Of a stretch of 42,972 nt of DNA, positions 40,288-42,972 are shown in pieces. Made by a program: the position numbers and the translations under genes. The notes under the pieces were generated by a model that did no database searches, had not been told where the DNA came from, and was given only the letters and a program-made list of their open reading frames with translations. The stretch comes from Cyanophyceae cyanobacterium (lineage in GTDB: Bacteria > Cyanobacteriota > Cyanobacteriia > Cyanobacteriales > Laspinemataceae), in assembly GCA_038321985.1 (NCBI GenBank), contig JBBQFN010000042.1, positions 1 to 42,972 on the forward strand, written 5' to 3'. How positions within the stretch are numbered: position 1 is the stretch's first letter; each line of letters begins with the position of its first letter.

Positions 40288-40923
40288 ATGACCCAAACTT
40301 TACCCATAGAGCGCACTTTAAAAACTTTCAGTCAATTGCAAACCCAATTTAATTTCCAGCGTAGTACCGATGACCAATTTTTCCCGGAGTGGTTAAACCT
40401 GGATAATAGTCTGACTGCATCAGAGCAACAAATCCTGGATGGGATTCAGCAAAAATACTTTTATCAACTTTCTGATGGTCAACTGGGAGAAGAAACGATT
40501 AAATTAATTGTGTTGTCCCCCCTGCTGGATTTGGCGGGATTTTTTGCGCCTCCCTTTCGGTTTACCACTGAAGCGACGGTGCAAATTACTGCTGAACAGG
40601 ATGAGATAATTTATTGGGGTCGGATTGATGCGTTGGTTCTGTTGGAAAGCCTGTGGGTGGTGGTGATTGAATCTAAAGAAACCAGCTTTTCGTTAGAAAT
40701 GGCTTTGCCGCAAACTTTAGCTTATATGCTGGCTCATCCGCATTGCCAACGCCCGGTTTTTGGCATGGTGACGAATGGGGGAAATTTTATTTTTGTGAAA
40801 CTGCAATATCAAGAATTTCCCCAATATGAATTATCAAATGTATTTTCTCTGCTGCCTCGACGAAATCAACTTTATGAGGTGTTAGAGATTCTCAAAGAGT
40901 TGGGAGGGATGGCTATTCAGTGA
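40288..40923 (+). CDS. Restriction-endonuclease-like protein (HsdR N-terminal-like PD-(D/E)xK)
   Basis: E.TIK...LSPLL.LAGF, GRID..V....W..VIESK, PQ.LAYM, G..TNG..F.F motifs. Confidence 0.85.
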   Translation: MTQTLPIERTLKTFSQLQTQFNFQRSTDDQFFPEWLNLDNSLTASEQQILDGIQQKYFYQLSDGQLGEETIKLIVLSPLLDLAGFFAPPFRFTTEATVQITAEQDEIIYWGRIDALVLLESLWVVVIESKETSFSLEMALPQTLAYMLAHPHCQRPVFGMVTNGGNFIFVKLQYQEFPQYELSNVFSLLPRRNQLYEVLEILKELGGMAIQ

Positions 40924-40991
40924 AATATGTTTTAAATTCACTGATGATCGCCTCATCAAGGGTATGCTCGATTTCCCCTCCTCTTTGAAAT

Positions 40992-41071
40992 AAAAAGCGG
41001 TTAAGCCTTGATCAGCTAACCGCTTTTTCTAGGTTCTTGGGTCATTGGCTTAGGAAAAATGACCCAGGACC
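40992..41071. terminator. Bidirectional terminator plus second hairpin at the 3' end of gyrB
   Basis: AAAAAGCGGTTA...TAACCGCTTTTT (40992-41028) and GGTTCTTGGGTCATT...AATGACCCAGGACC (41032-41071). Confidence 0.75.
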
Positions 41072-41079
41072 AATGACTG

Positions 41080-42972
41080 TTAAATATCCAGGTCCATGAG
41101 TTTGAGTTGAGGACCGTAGGTTTCGATGAACTCGCGACGGGGAGCAACCCGATCGCCCATCAAGACGGTAAAGACGCGATCGGCTTCTGCGGCATCCTCG
41201 ATTTCTACCCGTTTCAGGGTGCGACTTTCCGGATTCATTGTCGTTTCCCAGAGTTGGGTGGGCATCATTTCACCCAACCCTTTAAACCGCTGAATGGTGT
41301 AGTTGGCATTGGCAGGAAATTCGTTCCGAATGAGTTGTTGCAGTTCGCGATCGCTGTAACAGTAGAAATGATTCCGGCCCCGTTCTACCTTATACAACGG
41401 CGGACAAGCAATATAAACATACCCTTGATCTACCATGTCACGTTGATAGCGATAGAAAAATGTGAGAAGTAAGGTCCGGATGTGCGCCCCATCTACATCA
41501 GCGTCAGTCATGATTATTATACGATGGTAGCGCAATTGTGAGGAGTCAAACTCCTCCCCTTTAATGCCTAAACCGAGGGCAGCGATTAAGGCTTGAATTT
41601 CGGTATTCTTGTAAATCTTAGAATCATCGGTTTTTTCGATGTTAAGGATTTTACCGCGCAAGGGCAAGATGGCTTGGAAGCGGCGATCGCGTCCTTGTTT
41701 GGCACTGCCTCCGGCACTATCCCCTTCTACAATGTAGATTTCACTTTCACTGGGGTCTTTGGTACTACAATCGGCCAGTTTTCCAGGCAGGGGGGACGAT
41801 TCTAATACTGATTTACGGCGAACCAATTCCCGGGCGCGTCGGGCTGCTTCTGCGGCATTAAAGGCTTGAATTGCACGTTCTAAAATCGAATCGGCAACAC
41901 TCGGGCGAAATTCTAAATACTCCGTGAGCACTTCACCCACTAAAGAATCCACAATTCCCCGCACTTCAGTGTTGCCTAATTTGGTCTTAGTTTGCCCTTC
42001 AAATTCTGGGTCGGGCACTTTCACGGAAATCACCGCCGTTAACCCTTCGCGAATGTGTTCACCACCCAGGTTAGAGTCACCTTCTTTGAGTTTATTCCGT
42101 TTGCGAGCGATCGCATTCATGGTCCGAGTGAGGACGGCTTTCAATCCTTCTAAGTGCGTTCCTCCGTCAATAGTTCGGATGTTATTTGCAAACCCCAGGA
42201 CGTTATCCGTGTAAGCATCGATGCACCATTGCAACGAGACTTCCACGTGAACATTATTCCGCTCTCCCTGGACGTAGATAATTTCTTCATGAAGGGGCTG
42301 TTTATCCCGGTTCATGTATTCTACATATTCCCGAATTCCACCTTCATAACAATAAGTTTCAATTCGTGGCTCATTATTTTTGAGCAGTTCAATGCGATTA
42401 TCGGAAAAGGTAATTTTAACCCCAGCATTGAGGTAGGCCAGTTCGCGCAATCGTCCCGATACAGTGCTGTAATCAAATTCAATGCCGGTACTGAAAATTT
42501 GCAGGTCCGGTTTAAAGCAAACGGAAGTTCCGGTGCGATTTTCTTTGATAGGTGTACCCACCAGTTCTCCGATCGCTGCGCCCCTTTCATACCGCTGGAC
42601 GTGCACTTTTTTCTCGCGCCAAACGGTAACTTCTACCCATTCCGATAAGGCGTTAACGACGGAAATTCCGACCCCGTGCAATCCTCCGGAGACTTTATAA
42701 CCGCCTCCTCCAAATTTACCTCCGGCGTGGAGGACGGTCATCACGGTTTCTAGGGCGGACCTCCCTGTTTTAGAATGAACATCCGTAGGAATGCCTCGAC
42801 CGTCGTCGGTTACGGTACAAGAGCCATCTGCATTGAACTCAATTTCAATATGGGTACAGTGTCCAGCAAGCGCCTCATCGATCGAGTTGTCCACAACCTC
42901 GTAAACTAGATGGTGGAGTCCTCGGGGTCCGGTGGTCCCGATGTACATCCCCGGTCGCTTGCGTACTGCTTC
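41080..42972 (-). CDS. gyrB: DNA gyrase subunit B (5' end beyond the window)
   Basis: [12 protein letters not shown] at the window edge, [45 protein letters not shown]. Confidence 0.98.
   Translation of the reverse strand, partial: EAVRKRPGMYIGTTGPRGLHHLVYEVVDNSIDEALAGHCTHIEIEFNADGSCTVTDDGRGIPTDVHSKTGRSALETVMTVLHAGGKFGGGGYKVSGGLHGVGISVVNALSEWVEVTVWREKKVHVQRYERGAAIGELVGTPIKENRTGTSVCFKPDLQIFSTGIEFDYSTVSGRLRELAYLNAGVKITFSDNRIELLKNNEPRIETYCYEGGIREYVEYMNRDKQPLHEEIIYVQGERNNVHVEVSLQWCIDAYTDNVLGFANNIRTIDGGTHLEGLKAVLTRTMNAIARKRNKLKEGDSNLGGEHIREGLTAVISVKVPDPEFEGQTKTKLGNTEVRGIVDSLVGEVLTEYLEFRPSVADSILERAIQAFNAAEAARRARELVRRKSVLESSPLPGKLADCSTKDPSESEIYIVEGDSAGGSAKQGRDRRFQAILPLRGKILNIEKTDDSKIYKNTEIQALIAALGLGIKGEEFDSSQLRYHRIIIMTDADVDGAHIRTLLLTFFYRYQRDMVDQGYVYIACPPLYKVERGRNHFYCYSDRELQQLIRNEFPANANYTIQRFKGLGEMMPTQLWETTMNPESRTLKRVEIEDAAEADRVFTVLMGDRVAPRREFIETYGPQLKLMDLDI

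Noticed and set aside
41080..42972. Intein in gyrB
   Set aside because: The visible protein is of normal length with contiguous motifs.

Overview
A 43 kb window from a cyanobacterial chromosome. It is rich in the HIP1 octamer GCGATCGC; the gene content and REP-like palindromes suggest a filamentous Oscillatoriales strain (inference). The housekeeping backbone is tig-clpP, asd-dapA-rnj, chlH, an lpxB-like gene, an M23 peptidase, ftsH, a ferrochelatase-like gene, an aldo/keto reductase, rpiA, ho1 and a 5'-truncated gyrB. Three accessory patches interrupt it. (1) A toxin-antitoxin cluster lies downstream of chlH (hicA-hicB, an orphan hicB, and an unknown gene coupled to a PIN nuclease). It contains a degenerate 51-bp copy of the chlH 3' end, which looks like an integration scar. 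(2) A putative defence island at 18.5-26.2 kb holds an Rpn-type PD-(D/E)xK gene with an internal ribosome-binding site and a free-standing duplicate of its C-terminus. It is followed by a three-gene module: a TPR-CHAT protease with 15 near-identical 120-bp repeats, a small protein, and a coiled-coil protein with two C-terminal TM helices. This module is the best candidate for an uncharacterised caspase-like immunity or cell-death system. (3) Between ho1 and gyrB lie a truncated ParD-like fragment, a stand-alone toxin-like/immunity-like pair and an HsdR-N-like nuclease. No rRNA, tRNA, CRISPR array, integrase or intact IS element was recognised.
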